Of a stretch of DNA of 64,000 nt, positions 11,501 through 23,400 are shown in pieces. Positions within the stretch are counted from its first letter, which is position 1. Each line of letters opens with the position of its first letter. Made by a program: the position numbers and the translations under genes. The stretch is taken from the NCBI GenBank assembly GCA_000708835.1, contig DF237178.1, positions 70,120 through 134,119 on the forward strand, given 5' to 3'. The notes beneath the pieces are model-generated. The model worked only from the letters and a program-made list of their open reading frames with translations, did not search any database and had not been told where the DNA came from. The stretch comes from Klebsormidium nitens (lineage: Eukaryota > Plantae > Klebsormidiophyceae).

Positions 11501-14500
11501 CTTGATCTTTGAGCCGCTCTGGTGCCGAGACTACATCAAAAACGTGCAAGTAAGTTGCAACCACGTCGCTGATGGTTGCTCCGATCGGGATGCTTGTCCC
11601 GATTCTTCTGTCTGTTTGGAAGACTTCGTCGATGTTTTACCCAAGAACGTCCTAGAACGAGCTTCTGTATGCAATGTTGCAATAGACAATCTTGGACCGT
11701 CGGTCGGATCCATGTATGCTCCGACTCCTTACGTACTTCGAAGACGTCTTGGCAACGGTGGTTTCTAAATGCAAGCAGGAAAAAGGCGAGCGGACTATTG
11801 CGGATGGCGTATACACGAGGAGAGGGTACATCGAGCTGCATATAAGAAATTGCTTCAAGCTAGAGGAGGAACTAGAGCGACCTTCTTCTCTGCAGATCGT
11901 GTTCACAGAGGACAGCGGCGTGGACGCGCGCGGGAAGCACCTGAACCAGTACGGCATCATCCGCGACATCGTGCAGAGCCACGTGCTGCAGGTGCTCGCG
12001 CTTTTCGCTATGGAGCAGCCCGTCAGCCTCTCCGCAGAAGACATCCGGGATGAAAAGGTCGGTCAACGTAAACCCTAAACATTAAGTCGAACGTAATCTT
12101 GGAGTTAAGAGAGAATAGGTCTTTTCTTCGTCCTACTTGCAATCAAGATCGGCCCTTGCCTCTTCCCATGGCAGTATCTGCTACCAGTCCGCGAATTCTG
12201 AGCATTTCCTCCAAGGGTTCTGGGTCAGAACATGCGCGAAAGTGGGTTCTGAGGGTTGCAGTTCCTTAAAGCTCTGGTGTATGACACCGGTTCTTTAGCT
12301 TCTCCGCCTGTAGAAAGACAAGGTTCCCAAGAAGGTGGGGGTTCCGGGACGAAAAGGTCGGTCAACGTAAACCCTAAACATTAAGTCGAACGTAATCTTG
12401 GAGTTAAGAGAGAATAGGTCTTTTCTTCGTCCTACTTGCAATCAAGATCGGCCCTTGCCTCTTCCCATGGCAGTATCTGCTACCAGTCCGCGAATTCTGA
12501 GCATTTCCTCCAAGGGTTCTGGGTCAGAACATGCGCGAAAGTGGGTTCTGAGGGTTGCAGTTCCTTAAAGCTCTGGTGTATGACACCGGTTCTTTAGCTT
12601 CTCCGCCTGTAGAAAGACAAGGTTCCCAAGAAGGTGGGGGTTCCGGTCTTTCTGCAAGCATGATGTCTTGTTCCGCTTTCTTCGAGCTGGGGGTTCCAGA
12701 TCTCTCAACTCGATGCTCAACTGTCTCTCCAAAATCCTTCAACTCAGCTTGTTAAAAGCCCAGTGTGAGAAAGGAATAATCTCAAGCTTCCATTCCTGGG
12801 GCCCTATTCAGGTCAAGGTGCTTAAGTCGCTGCGGCGGCCCACGCTGGACGAGGTCGCCCTGGGCCAGTACAAGGCCCGCACGAACAAGAGCGGCGACAT
12901 CCTCGACCCGGGATACCTGGACGAACCGGACGTCCCAGCCAACAGCCTGGCGCCCACGTTCGCAGCAATGGCGTTCTACATCGACAATGCGAGGTGGCTT
13001 TCACATATAGCATGTAGCATGTAGCAAGTAGCATGTAGCATACATAGCATATAGCGTGTGGCACATTTCTTATCGCATGCACTCTTTGTTGGGAATACAA
13101 CAATAAGAAAGGCTTGGAAGGACCGGCTTGGAAGGACCGAGGATTGACGAAAGCAAGAGTCATCATCATTGTTCACTCTGTTCGTGCACCGCGCGATTCA
13201 TTGACGACGCATCTCCTTGGCCAGATTGGAGTTTCTGTGGTTGAGCAAGTTCGGGATATTGGTGCTCCCAACATGTAAGACAAGCATGTTTTGCTGACAT
13301 GAGGTTCTTCTTGTCCTTTCAGGTGGGACGGAGTCCCGTTCCTGGTCAAGACCGGGCAGGCCATGCGCAACCAGAGGTGCGTCTCTTCGCATATGATGTA
13401 CTCTTTCCGGGTCGCTTTCCCGATGGTTCTGGTGCTGTGGCAACTGGCCGCGATCTCAAAAGCTGGAGAGTCCGGAGGTCGGAGTCGTTTTCACACTGGA
13501 CGGCCTCCCTCGGACGGTCCGAGGCCACTTTGGTGCGTGCACGCTCTTGCAGAAAGGAAGATGTCGTGAGGACATGGAGAGATCCTGCTTTTAAAAGTGC
13601 ACAGAGACAGCAGCGCACAGAGGGAGGAAACTGAGATTGCCTCGGCGCACTTGAGCGCGCTCAAATCTACCCAATCCTTAGCCCTGTGAACCTCCATCAG
13701 TCTTTCACTGTCAGCGTCTGAAAGCTGTTACGGCTTGGACCTGTCGAGTCTGGCTGAACACAAATATTAGACAAACAGAATAGTCAGCATGACAATCTGG
13801 ATTCATCTATGTTTCCTCACTCTGACCATGCAAATCAAACCGGGCAGGAACGAGATTCGGATCCAGTTCAAGGGCGTGCCCGGTAATTTGTACCGGGAGC
13901 ATTTGGGGTACAACACCGAGCAGCAGGCGAACGAGCTGGTCATCCGGGTGCAGCCGGACGAGGCCATCTACCTCACCATCAACAACAAGGTGCCCGGGCT
14001 GGGAGTCAAGCTGGACCAGAGCCGGCTTAACCTGCTCTACCGGCAAGAGTAAGCGTTCGCAAAGCCGAAAACTTTGCATCTTTCCTTGATGTACCAGATT
14101 CTGCTATACCGGCAGACTGAGCACTCACAAACGACACCCTTCGAAGTACTTTCACGTGTACGCTGTATGGTTCGAACCAAGAGGTATGTTCAATTGAGTC
14201 GGTCCTCGCGTATGGACGCTGTTGAATTTGCGAGGAGTTCAGGTGTCGTTGGGAACGCTTCATTTGAGAGTCCGTTCTACTTGCGATCAGACGCTTTTCA
14301 ACCAAAGACCTCATACCGAAAGAGCCATGTTGCGTTTTTGGGACCTGAAGCCCCTGAAACTGTGTACATAATAAGGATTCCCTGCAGTGCTTGTCTTCTT
14401 CGCGAGTTGCCGCCCTTTCGGTGTTCGATTTGCCGAGCTGCTGATCACGGCTGTGCTCCCCTCGTCGCTGGGCAGGGTTGTTATCCATTTCAAAGAAAAC

Positions 14501-15022
14501 CCGAGAGCAGTCGTAACTCGCAGTCGTAACTCCTTGTTTGAAGGTCCTTAAGCGCAAGTCCTAACCAGTGCGTGATTCCTCAACAGCCAGGCATCAACCA
14601 GATTACACTTTCAAAGGAGCATATTTAACCCTGCTCAATCCAAGTGTCACGTTCAAGAGCAAAACTCAACCTTGCTTAACCCAAGACGTCACTCTCGAGA
14701 ACGAAACCTAACCCTGCTTAACCCCCTAAGAACCAGTCACGTAACCCGTGCCTAACCCCGGGCCCCCAGGTACAACAACGACGACATCCCGGACTCGTAC
14801 GAGCGCCTGCTGCTGGACGTCATCAACGGCGACAAGCGGCTCTTCATCCGGGCGGACGAACTGGCCGCCGCGTGGGAGGTTCTGGACCCGGTTCTGCGGG
14901 AGATCGACGACCGGGGGATGGTCCCCGAGCTCTACACCTACGGCAGCCGGGGCCCCATCGGGGCGTACTACTTGGCGGCCAAGCAGGGCGGGGTGCGGTG
15001 GGCGGACCTGGACGATTTGTAA
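8548..15022 (+). CDS. G6PD: Plastid glucose-6-phosphate dehydrogenase family protein, divergent (possibly P0/G6PD4-like), ~627 aa, 10 exons
   Basis: Exons 8548-8845, 9747-9955, 10354-10448, 10800-11120, 11441-11549, 11896-12057, 12812-12993, 13323-13376, 13848-14048, 14770-15022 (sum 1884 nt, in frame). Transit-peptide-like exon 1. Motifs [66 protein letters not shown]. Redox Cys pair CRLSAGTKC. Confidence 0.93.
12044..12646 (+). repeat. 299-bp near-perfect tandem duplication spanning the G6PD exon 6 donor
   Basis: 12044-12347 is repeated at 12343-12646 with one mismatch (12051 T vs 12350 C) and tccgg microhomology at the junction. Confidence 0.95.
13010..13055. repeat. Short degenerate (TAGCATG)n tandem repeat in a G6PD intron
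   Basis: atagcatgtagcatgtagcaagtagcatgtagcatacatagcatatagc. Confidence 0.8.
14627..14735. repeat. Three degenerate ~42-bp tandem units in G6PD intron 9
   Basis: Units beginning aacc(c/t)tgct(c/t)aa at 14627, 14668 and 14710. Confidence 0.7.
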
Positions 15023-17456
15023 GCGTTCGGGGGGGTGGCAGGGGTGCTTAAAGTTCCTGGGAAGAAGTAGGAATGGCAGTCGGAAGGTGCCGTGGGCGGG
15101 CCTGGACGATTGTAAACTTTCAGGGGGGTTGGCGGTATGTAGCAGGGGATTAGTTAGGCAGGGGGGAGAAAGTGGTTTTGGCATTCGGAGGGCGGCGCTG
15201 CTTGGGCGGGTTGTGTAAGCGCCGGGGTCGGCCCGAGGGGAGCGGGGGGGAAGTGGTTTGCACCAGACGTTTGTGAGAGCGGGGCGAACGGGGGGGGGCA
15301 TAAGAAACTGGCCTTCGGAACACTTTGCAAACGGAGAGAGGCCGAGTTGGCATCAGGAGGATCTGCGAGTCAGAGGTTGGGGGGGTGATGGCCGCAACAG
15401 CACAACCTGTTCGCCGAAGATCCTGATTTGGCGCACGTCAAAAGGGATTGTTAAGGCTTTCGAGGGGGTGCGAGAGGGAATCGGAAGGGTTGGGAACTGG
15501 AGGGATGCAGTGGAAACTTCGTTGCGTGTTATTGCGACCGGAAAAGAATTTACAGGTCGGTGTCCTACTTCGTCGTACCTGACGGACTTGCAAGCGCGGC
15601 TGGCCGGTTGGAGCGGAGACAAATGTTTCAATATCGGTCATGAAGTAAAGTGCCTTCTGCATTCCCGTTTTGCTAGAAAGATTTCGAATTGGCTCGTCAT
15701 CACCGTCTTGAAGGAAGCTCCGCACAACATGTAGAGGCGGTGAACCCGCATGCTCTAGCAACAGTCAAATGTTCGATTACGCGTAGAGTCCCAGCTGTCC
15801 AAGAGATACTGGAAGAGTCTTTTGCGTGCGCATTCCGCCCCTTGTAAATTAGACATGACGCCACATTTGTTGTCCCTGGTCGGATAGCAAAACAAGCGTG
15901 TTTGTTCAGTAAGAGTAGCACATAGGCGGTCCTAGTAGAGTTGTGTGTGCTTGTGTTTGAAAGTTATTCGTAGAAGCTAGGATTGAGAAGACCTTTTCCC
16001 CTCAGACCCACAAACTAGGTCACCACCGTGAGCAACTCGTGCTTGCCCGCTCTTTCTTCATCCATTCAGCACGGCGCCATATGTAAGAGCTAGCACAATC
16101 CCGTACAGCAGGCGTAGAGCCTACTGTTTAGTACTGTCGGGTAATTGAGATATGCACGATCGACGGTTGCCAGCATTTCTGCAACGGCCAAGCCGTATAT
16201 GCGTACGTACAGGCTTGATGCAATAACGCCTGCAGATGTTCAACGTACGGATCAATTGCCCACCATGTGCCGACGGCCGCGATGGCCTGAATCTTCTATG
16301 CGAAACCGTTGAACCCATCAGTGCAGTGTTTTACTTTCTCAGGGTCTAAAATTAGTTCTCGAAGCTGTTCCATGTAGCTGCACTTCGCTGCGGCCGCGCG
16401 CCCCATCCTTCCTGCCTCAGGATACGAAGCTGACCGGCAGCTTGCAACGTCCAGGCTGCGGTATGGGCTGTCTTTCGCCGCTCATGACTTGGACCGTCGT
16501 ACTGTTGCGAGCAGCTTTGCGTTCTCGGTCAGACACTGATTTGCACACCAATGTTAAGCTGGATATTTTAAAGGCTCAGCGCTGTGTCGATCATCTAGAT
16601 ATCGTAACAACCGCGTGGAACTACTGCAACCGTTGAACGATTCAGAAGTTGCAAGGAGATTCCACAAGGAGCTACGTGCCCACCATTTGAAGCGCAAAGC
16701 GAAAGCGATGGAAACTTCCAAATCGATTTCGACATGACCAATCTATTCAATCGGCATGGTATACGATATGCGGACTCACGCCCGTAGTGGTACTTGGCTT
16801 GTCAAGCCGTAGCCACAGCCGGCAGTCAGGAGGTGCTCACAACGTCAAAACGTTGGTTCAAGTTATTGGTAAGAATAGACAGACCTGCATCTCGTAATGC
16901 CTGCGGTTGCACATCATTAACGGGCAGTCGCGGATTTGAATGAGCTGCGGTCACGTGCATGCTCAAAGACGTCTTCGCCTGCGCGCATATTTGCTAAGAT
17001 AAGTTGCGGACGGTTAGTGGCCGTCCTTACTCACCAGTGTCCCTTTGATCAGTTTCAGGATGTGCTCTTAGTTCTGAACTAGAACGTGGTCCCAATTCTA
17101 CTGCTACTGCTGCTAGTAATCTGCACTGTTAACATCTTGTGACGTAACTTTCGTCTTCTATCTAGGTATAAGGTATAAAACGCGTGCTTTTCCTATAGCC
17201 TACTTGCGTAGAGTGATCCGTTTCTCGTTGTCAACAGTTGCGCTAACTTTCTGTGGCTTTCCCGACGTTTTACAACGTCACGTTTCGCTCAAAGTGATCT
17301 CCCACCGATCAACCCGCCCCGAATACTTTTTCCTTGCCGTCCAAATCATGATATCCACTTTCACTTGGGAGGCCTCTTGTTGAACACCTCTATTTCATCC
17401 ATAAGCCTCCGATTGGCCATTTGAAGTCTATCGACCACCGGCCCATGTGGCAAAAG

Positions 17457-20400
17457 TCAATTGCCGTTGATGGGTCCCCGGATCGGATGCTTGTCCCCGA
17501 GAATGGGCGGGAGCTTGATCGTTGTCGGCCGGGCGCTCAGCGGCCGCGGCTTCACCATCAGCGGTCCCCGGTTCCACTCATCCACCCCGAGCATCGAAAA
17601 CGACGAGCCTCGCAGCGACCGCACCGCCTCATTCTTCACCTCCCTGGTCGCCTTAAACTCCTCCCGCATCCGCTCGATCTGCGCCGAGTACGTGTCCCGG
17701 TTGGCCAGGCTCTCCTTCCGGATGAGATTCAGGCCGGAGCTCTTCCGGCGGACTCCACCGAACGCCGGAACGCCGCCCGTGTCGTCCGCGATGAGCCCGC
17801 TCCGGGCGACCGCCTCCCGCGCCTTCGGGCGCCGCAGGTCGCCCTCCGATCCGCTGTGCGGGATTCCGGTTCCGGCGCCCTCGCCGTTCCGCAGCAGGTG
17901 GCTCCGCATCAGCTGCTGCTGCTGCTCGGGGGTCAGGATCTGGGGGCTGCTGATCGTCTTCTTCGGGCGCCGCTTCAGCAGTTCCGCCCGCGATTCCGCT
18001 TTCGCGACTCCGGCGGAAGGCGCCGGGCCATTCACACCAGCCTCCCCCGGGGACTCCCCCCGGGGGGTGTTCCCCGCGCTCGGGCTGCGCGACAGGCGCT
18101 TCAAACGATTCCCTACCGCCTCCTCAAATAATCTTGCCGCGAGCTTGTTCGCGCCCTCCACCAGTTTTTCCGCCCCCGCTAGTTTCAGCTTCAGCGCGTG
18201 CGCCGTCACTTCCCACTCCCCTCCCGCCGGGGCCGGAGCGGCCTCCCGCGTATTCCGCCGACTCGTTCCGCTTCCCCCGACGTCGCTCCACCGCCGCTTC
18301 CGTTCGCCGTCTTCTGAGTCGCTGCTCTCGCGTCGGGGCAAAAGGTTCGACCCCTGGACTGCGTACCGATTCTCTACCGGAGGGGTTTCGACTCGAACCG
18401 GGGTGCCGATCAGGCGCGGGCTCAGTCGGGAGGAGGGGCTGGGAAGGGGCGACCGGGAGAAGCCCTTTCCGGGAGGGGTGGGCGATTTGGGGGGCAAGTG
18501 AGCGCCCGGAGATCCGCGGTTCTCGACCTGCGGGAAGAGCGAGGATGGAATCTGACATCAGTTGTGAAGAGAAACTCACTACGCAAAATTGACTGTTTTC
18601 TCGCGGTCTTTGATCCGCGGCTTTCAGTCTCGGAAAAGAGCGATGTCATGTTGGTTCTAGTTGTGGTTTAAAACCCGTTGTGAGGAGTAATGGAGTCATT
18701 CTTGATATGCTCCTCTATGCTTCATGTTCTTCCTTCAGCTTGCGTCCTTATGACAACTAGAATCCCCAGTGCGTTGCCTTTAAAAGCGCAGCGTGATTAC
18801 TCATGCACAAACGAAGGAGTTGTGCTCGGAAGAAACCTTCCTCGACGCGGAGTTGGGTTTAAAATATGTTCTCCTTCCCTTGGGCCCTGGAAAAGGAGCA
18901 GTCTCCCCTCCGTATGCATTCACCCATTCGGACAAGGGTGAATGCTCGACTTTGAACGCAAAGTGAATTTCTATCTGTCAAAATTACTCAGAAAACGTTG
19001 TCACGAAGCTTCGAAGCGGTGCAAAGGTGCGCCCAAAAAGCCACGGGGAAGGAGGCACAGCAAAACGTCACCAACTTTACCGTCCATGCACTTATCGGAG
19101 GATACTGTTCAACACAGACTGGCAAAAAAGGAGTCGATCGGCTTCTTCAGAGTTACAAGCAGGTGTAAAGCAGCCTAGGCACACGCTCAAGACAGCTGCG
19201 AACAACTAGAATTGCGAAAAAAGCTCACCAGGAGTGCGCCCGGCCGAGGTGTGGTCGCCCTCCTCTCCTCTCTTTTCCGCTCCCGCTCCAGAAGGCTGTC
19301 CATGTACGAGTCCCCGGCTGTTGACTGGCGCGTCCCGCGGGGGGTTCTTTCCGACTGCGCGGGGCTCCTGTCCGAATGCCCGCCGGTCGCGTCCGAACGC
19401 CCCGAAATGGCGTCCGAATGCCCGGTGAATCTGTCCGGATACCCGGGAGTTCTGTCCGAGTGGCCGGGAGTTCTGTCGGAGTGGCCGGGAGTTCTGTCCG
19501 CGTGGCCAGAAGTCCTGTCCGAGTGTCCGGGCGTCCGGTCCGACTGCCCAGTGAGCAGACCGCCGCGGTCCCAGCCGCCCGCGCTCTCGTCCGCCAACGC
19601 GCGGAGGTTTAAGGGTTTCACCACCGGCTTGGCGCGGCGGCCGGGGCTTTCAGAAGTTTCGGAGGGGTGTGCATGGCTTTCGACTCTTTGGGGGGCAACG
19701 TGACCGCCGTTTGAGACACGTGGGCTGTGCTTGATCGACCCCCCCTCGACGTAACTGCTGAGCTTTCTGGGGCCGGGCTTGCACGGGGTGGACGCCTGAG
19801 GGTTTGGGGTTTTGAGCGCGCCAAGCGCGTCGGTGCTGAGCCGCGACAGCAGCGGCTCCGAGTTCCGCCGCGGAATCGGCTTGCCCGACGGAACGGAAGC
19901 GGGCGGCGACACCAATACGGTCGCCGCATTCTTCTCCTGCGACTTTCTCAGCTCCCTCAGCTGTTGGATGCCACGTGTCCCCGCCAGGTACGACGCCCGG
20001 TTGGGCGAGTCGAGGTCTCCCCGGGGGGATCCGCCCGACTGGATGGATGACGTGGCAACGGGAGACGACCGGGACGAACTGCTTCCCCGGGGGGATCCAC
20101 CGAGCGGCGACGGCTCCGCCCCTCGGGGGCTGCTCTCTGCGCGGGGCGTGTGCTTCCGCAGGAATTCCGCTGCGGAAGAGAAGGCGCTGGCCACCTTCTG
20201 CGGGAAACTTCTGTTCAGACCGGTCGGGCTGTCCGTACCGGTCACATCGATCTCGCTCAATGCGACCGGGGGGGCTCTCGCCGGGGCATCAAATGCCTCG
20301 CTCTTACTCGCGGTCCGTACCGAAGCATCTGGGCGGGTCTCATTCGTCTCGGAAAAACTTTTTACCAATCCCTCCGACTCCGTCAAGCTCCCCTGGCTTA

Positions 20401-23400
20401 TGACCACCGCTTTGCCTTGGCTGACGTCACCACTCCCCTCGGTGCTGAGAGTCGTCAACCCGACCGAAGTAGCCCGGCTGTCTCCCCGAGGATCGCCCCC
20501 GAACGAGCTCCCCGACTCTTCTCTTCTTACGCCTCCACTCGTCGTGGACTGTCCGGGGCTCTTCCAGTTGGGGGATCCCTCCGTTCCGCTGCTTCCGGTG
20601 AATCCCGCCCTTCCGCTGCTCCCGGGGGATCCCGCCGCCCAGCTCGAGCCTTCCGTCTGGCTTGCCGCGTGCTCCAAGGAAGGCTTCCTTGGCTTCTCGC
20701 GTTCCCCTGCCAGCATTCCGTTTTCCGCCCGGATCACCACCGGAACCTGCATGTCTTGGCTTTCAATCGATTCGTCTCTTGCCAACGGACGTTGCCCATC
20801 AATCACCCTCTCTACTACAGCCGATCCTATCTTTTGGACGCTAACTTCCGTTCCTTTACGTTCCGGCTCCCGCTTTTCGGACGGAACGGTGTCGCCCAGA
20901 ACCGGCATTTCGGCCCGGCGACCGCTAACCTCCGCTTTGTCTGCCAGCTGGTCGCCAACACTCCCTGTCCGCGTTTCGTTGCGGGTCACTTCCACCGGGG
21001 TTGAGCGCGCGCCCTCTGCCAGGGACTCGTTCCTGGCGCTTTCCGCCGGAATGCCGGAAAACCCGGACGGAAGCTCCAGAATGTCGTGCCGGACCTGGGG
21101 CGACATCTTCAGCACGCCCCTGGAGCTGACCCGCGCCATTTTGACCGCCGGCCGCGCGTCGACTTCCGGCTCTTTTGCGCGCGCCTCTTCCGGCTTCGCC
21201 CGCTGGCTTTCCCTCGGTTCCGTCCATTTCCTTCCGCTGGCTTCCGCCCTTTCACTCCCGTTCGCTTCTGCCCGCGGCGCTTCGTAACGGTCGCTCCCTT
21301 CCCGTTCCGTCCTTCCGTCCGTCGAATAACTTCCCTGGTATTCCGCCCGCTGGATTCCGCTCGTCTCGCCCGCCGGAACGTCACCCCGCGCCTCGTCAAA
21401 CCGCTCAAGGCTCGTCTCTCGCCGCCTTTCAAGCACGGCGCTCGTGGCCAAAGATTCGGCCAGTTCGAACGTTAGTGACGATGGGCTGACGTCAGCCATT
21501 CCGAGGCGCTGGGCTTGCTCCAGAACCGCCTCGTACATACAGCTGCGGCGCGCGTGAGTCGGCGTCGCGGGCTCCTCCTCCTGGAGCGCGCGCGCGCGCG
21601 CCTCGATGCACGAGCGCACGTACGTGGCGGTGCGCTCCCTGGGCAACCAACGAATCCAAGAACTCAGTGAAAGGGGAGCACGCAAAGTTGGCACGACTAC
21701 AGGGGTTTGTCTCACGCTTAAACCCAAGTCGACAAACCCTCAGAACAGGTTGTTTGAGGAGGGCAAAGACAACCCACGATCTAGAAATATTCGTGAAGAG
21801 GAACACGCGAGAATGGGCTTCAAATCAGGTTTTTCTTCAGGCTTTACCCAGTTCAACGAATATCGGGCCCGGGTTGTCCAAGGACGCAGAAGATCAACAT
21901 GTGGAGAAGCTACAGAAATATCAGAACCCGGTAAAGGTGCAGAGGAACAAGCAGGAAAAACAGATGTGAAGAGGCAAAAACCACTCTTCTCTCCAGCTAT
22001 CCAGTGTATCGTTCAGCAAAGTCAGAGCAACCCCCGCAGAAAGCCAGAGTACCTCACAGCAAGCTGCACTCTCTTGCCCTCGGGAGCGGCAAGAGAGAAG
22101 AAAACTTCGATCATCTCGAACTAGATTACTTACGAATTAAAAGTAGCATTTTAGCAAAAGTAAGCTGATCAGCCTAGGATGGTTGGGGTTGATTTGGGGG
22201 TTAGGCTAGGTACGGGTGCGAAACGGGTGATGTTATGGGTTAGGTTTTTAGTGTGTGTGTAGGAGCTTACTTTTGCTAGAGTTTTCTTATTGCTAACTTG
22301 ATGGGACATTCATCTCGAACGGCAAGAACGTCAAGAAATTTTGCATTGCTGACCTCAGCGCGGGCGTCATCAGGAGCGCGGCCGCGGTCGGGCGGTCGGC
22401 GGGCGTCGGCGCCAAAAGTGCGCCGAGCAGCGCGTGGAGGTCGGCGCTGTAGTGCGGCGGCGCGGGCTTGTACTCGGCGTTCATGACGTGGACCGACAGC
22501 TCCGCCAGGTTGCTCCCGTTGAACGGGTGCTCCAGGGCCAGCATCTCGTACAGCAAACAGCCCAAACCCCACATGTCTGCGCGCGCACAGACAGGGTTTT
22601 AGCGACTACTACTTGATGGGTGTTGAGGGTTTTTGAAGATTTGGATGAAAACGGTGCGAGGGTCTGAACGGGTACCTCAGGGCCAGCATTCCGAACAGCC
22701 AACGCCCCACATGAGCTCGCGCAGGAATTCAGTGATTGGGTTTCGCAAACTCAGCGCTTAAGGGCTCAAAAATTTTACGTTGCAAAGACTCGGTAGAGCA
22801 TCTCGTATACACCGAGAGTGCTAGCGGTGAGGGTTGAGCGGGTGCTCTAGAGCCAGCTTTTCGACAGTCCAGGCATCACGTGTCTGTGCGCACACAGAGG
22901 ATGAGGGTTTAGGAAGGCTTCTGGGTTCGACGGCCGGAGAGAGGTCTGGATAGAGACGTCTTTCCCCTGGGGTTTTCAGACTTTAGATGTTCTAGACGAG
23001 AAGGGCGCTTGAAAGGGCGATTCACGGCTGCGTCCCAACGTAGAATGCACCTCAGCACCTCAGAACGAGCGCCGACTTTTTTCGAGCAGCGAAATCCTCA
23101 GCGTGCCGAAGACGTTTACATGCCACGTGTCACGCAATGATGTAACGGCTCGCAAGTGACATCTCGTATAGCGCCCACCTGACTTGTGGTTGTAGGCCTT
23201 CCCCTCGAACAGCTCGGGGCTCATGTAGTAGGGCGTGCCCACGAACGTGTTGGCCAGCGCGTGCGTGTCGTCCAGCACGCGCGCAATGCCGAAATCCTGC
23301 ACCATTCGTATAGTCATTTCGCGACTGGTTTGGATACTGAGAATGCGATGCCGGAAGTATGCTCTGAATCTCGATACTTCTACGTTGATTGTTCTTGATT

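Noticed and set aside
17461-21287. Long plus-strand ORFs (346 aa at 17461-18501, 491 aa at 19812-21287, 284 aa at 20150-21004)
   Set aside because: Antisense shadows of GC-rich NEK exons; no recognisable domains.
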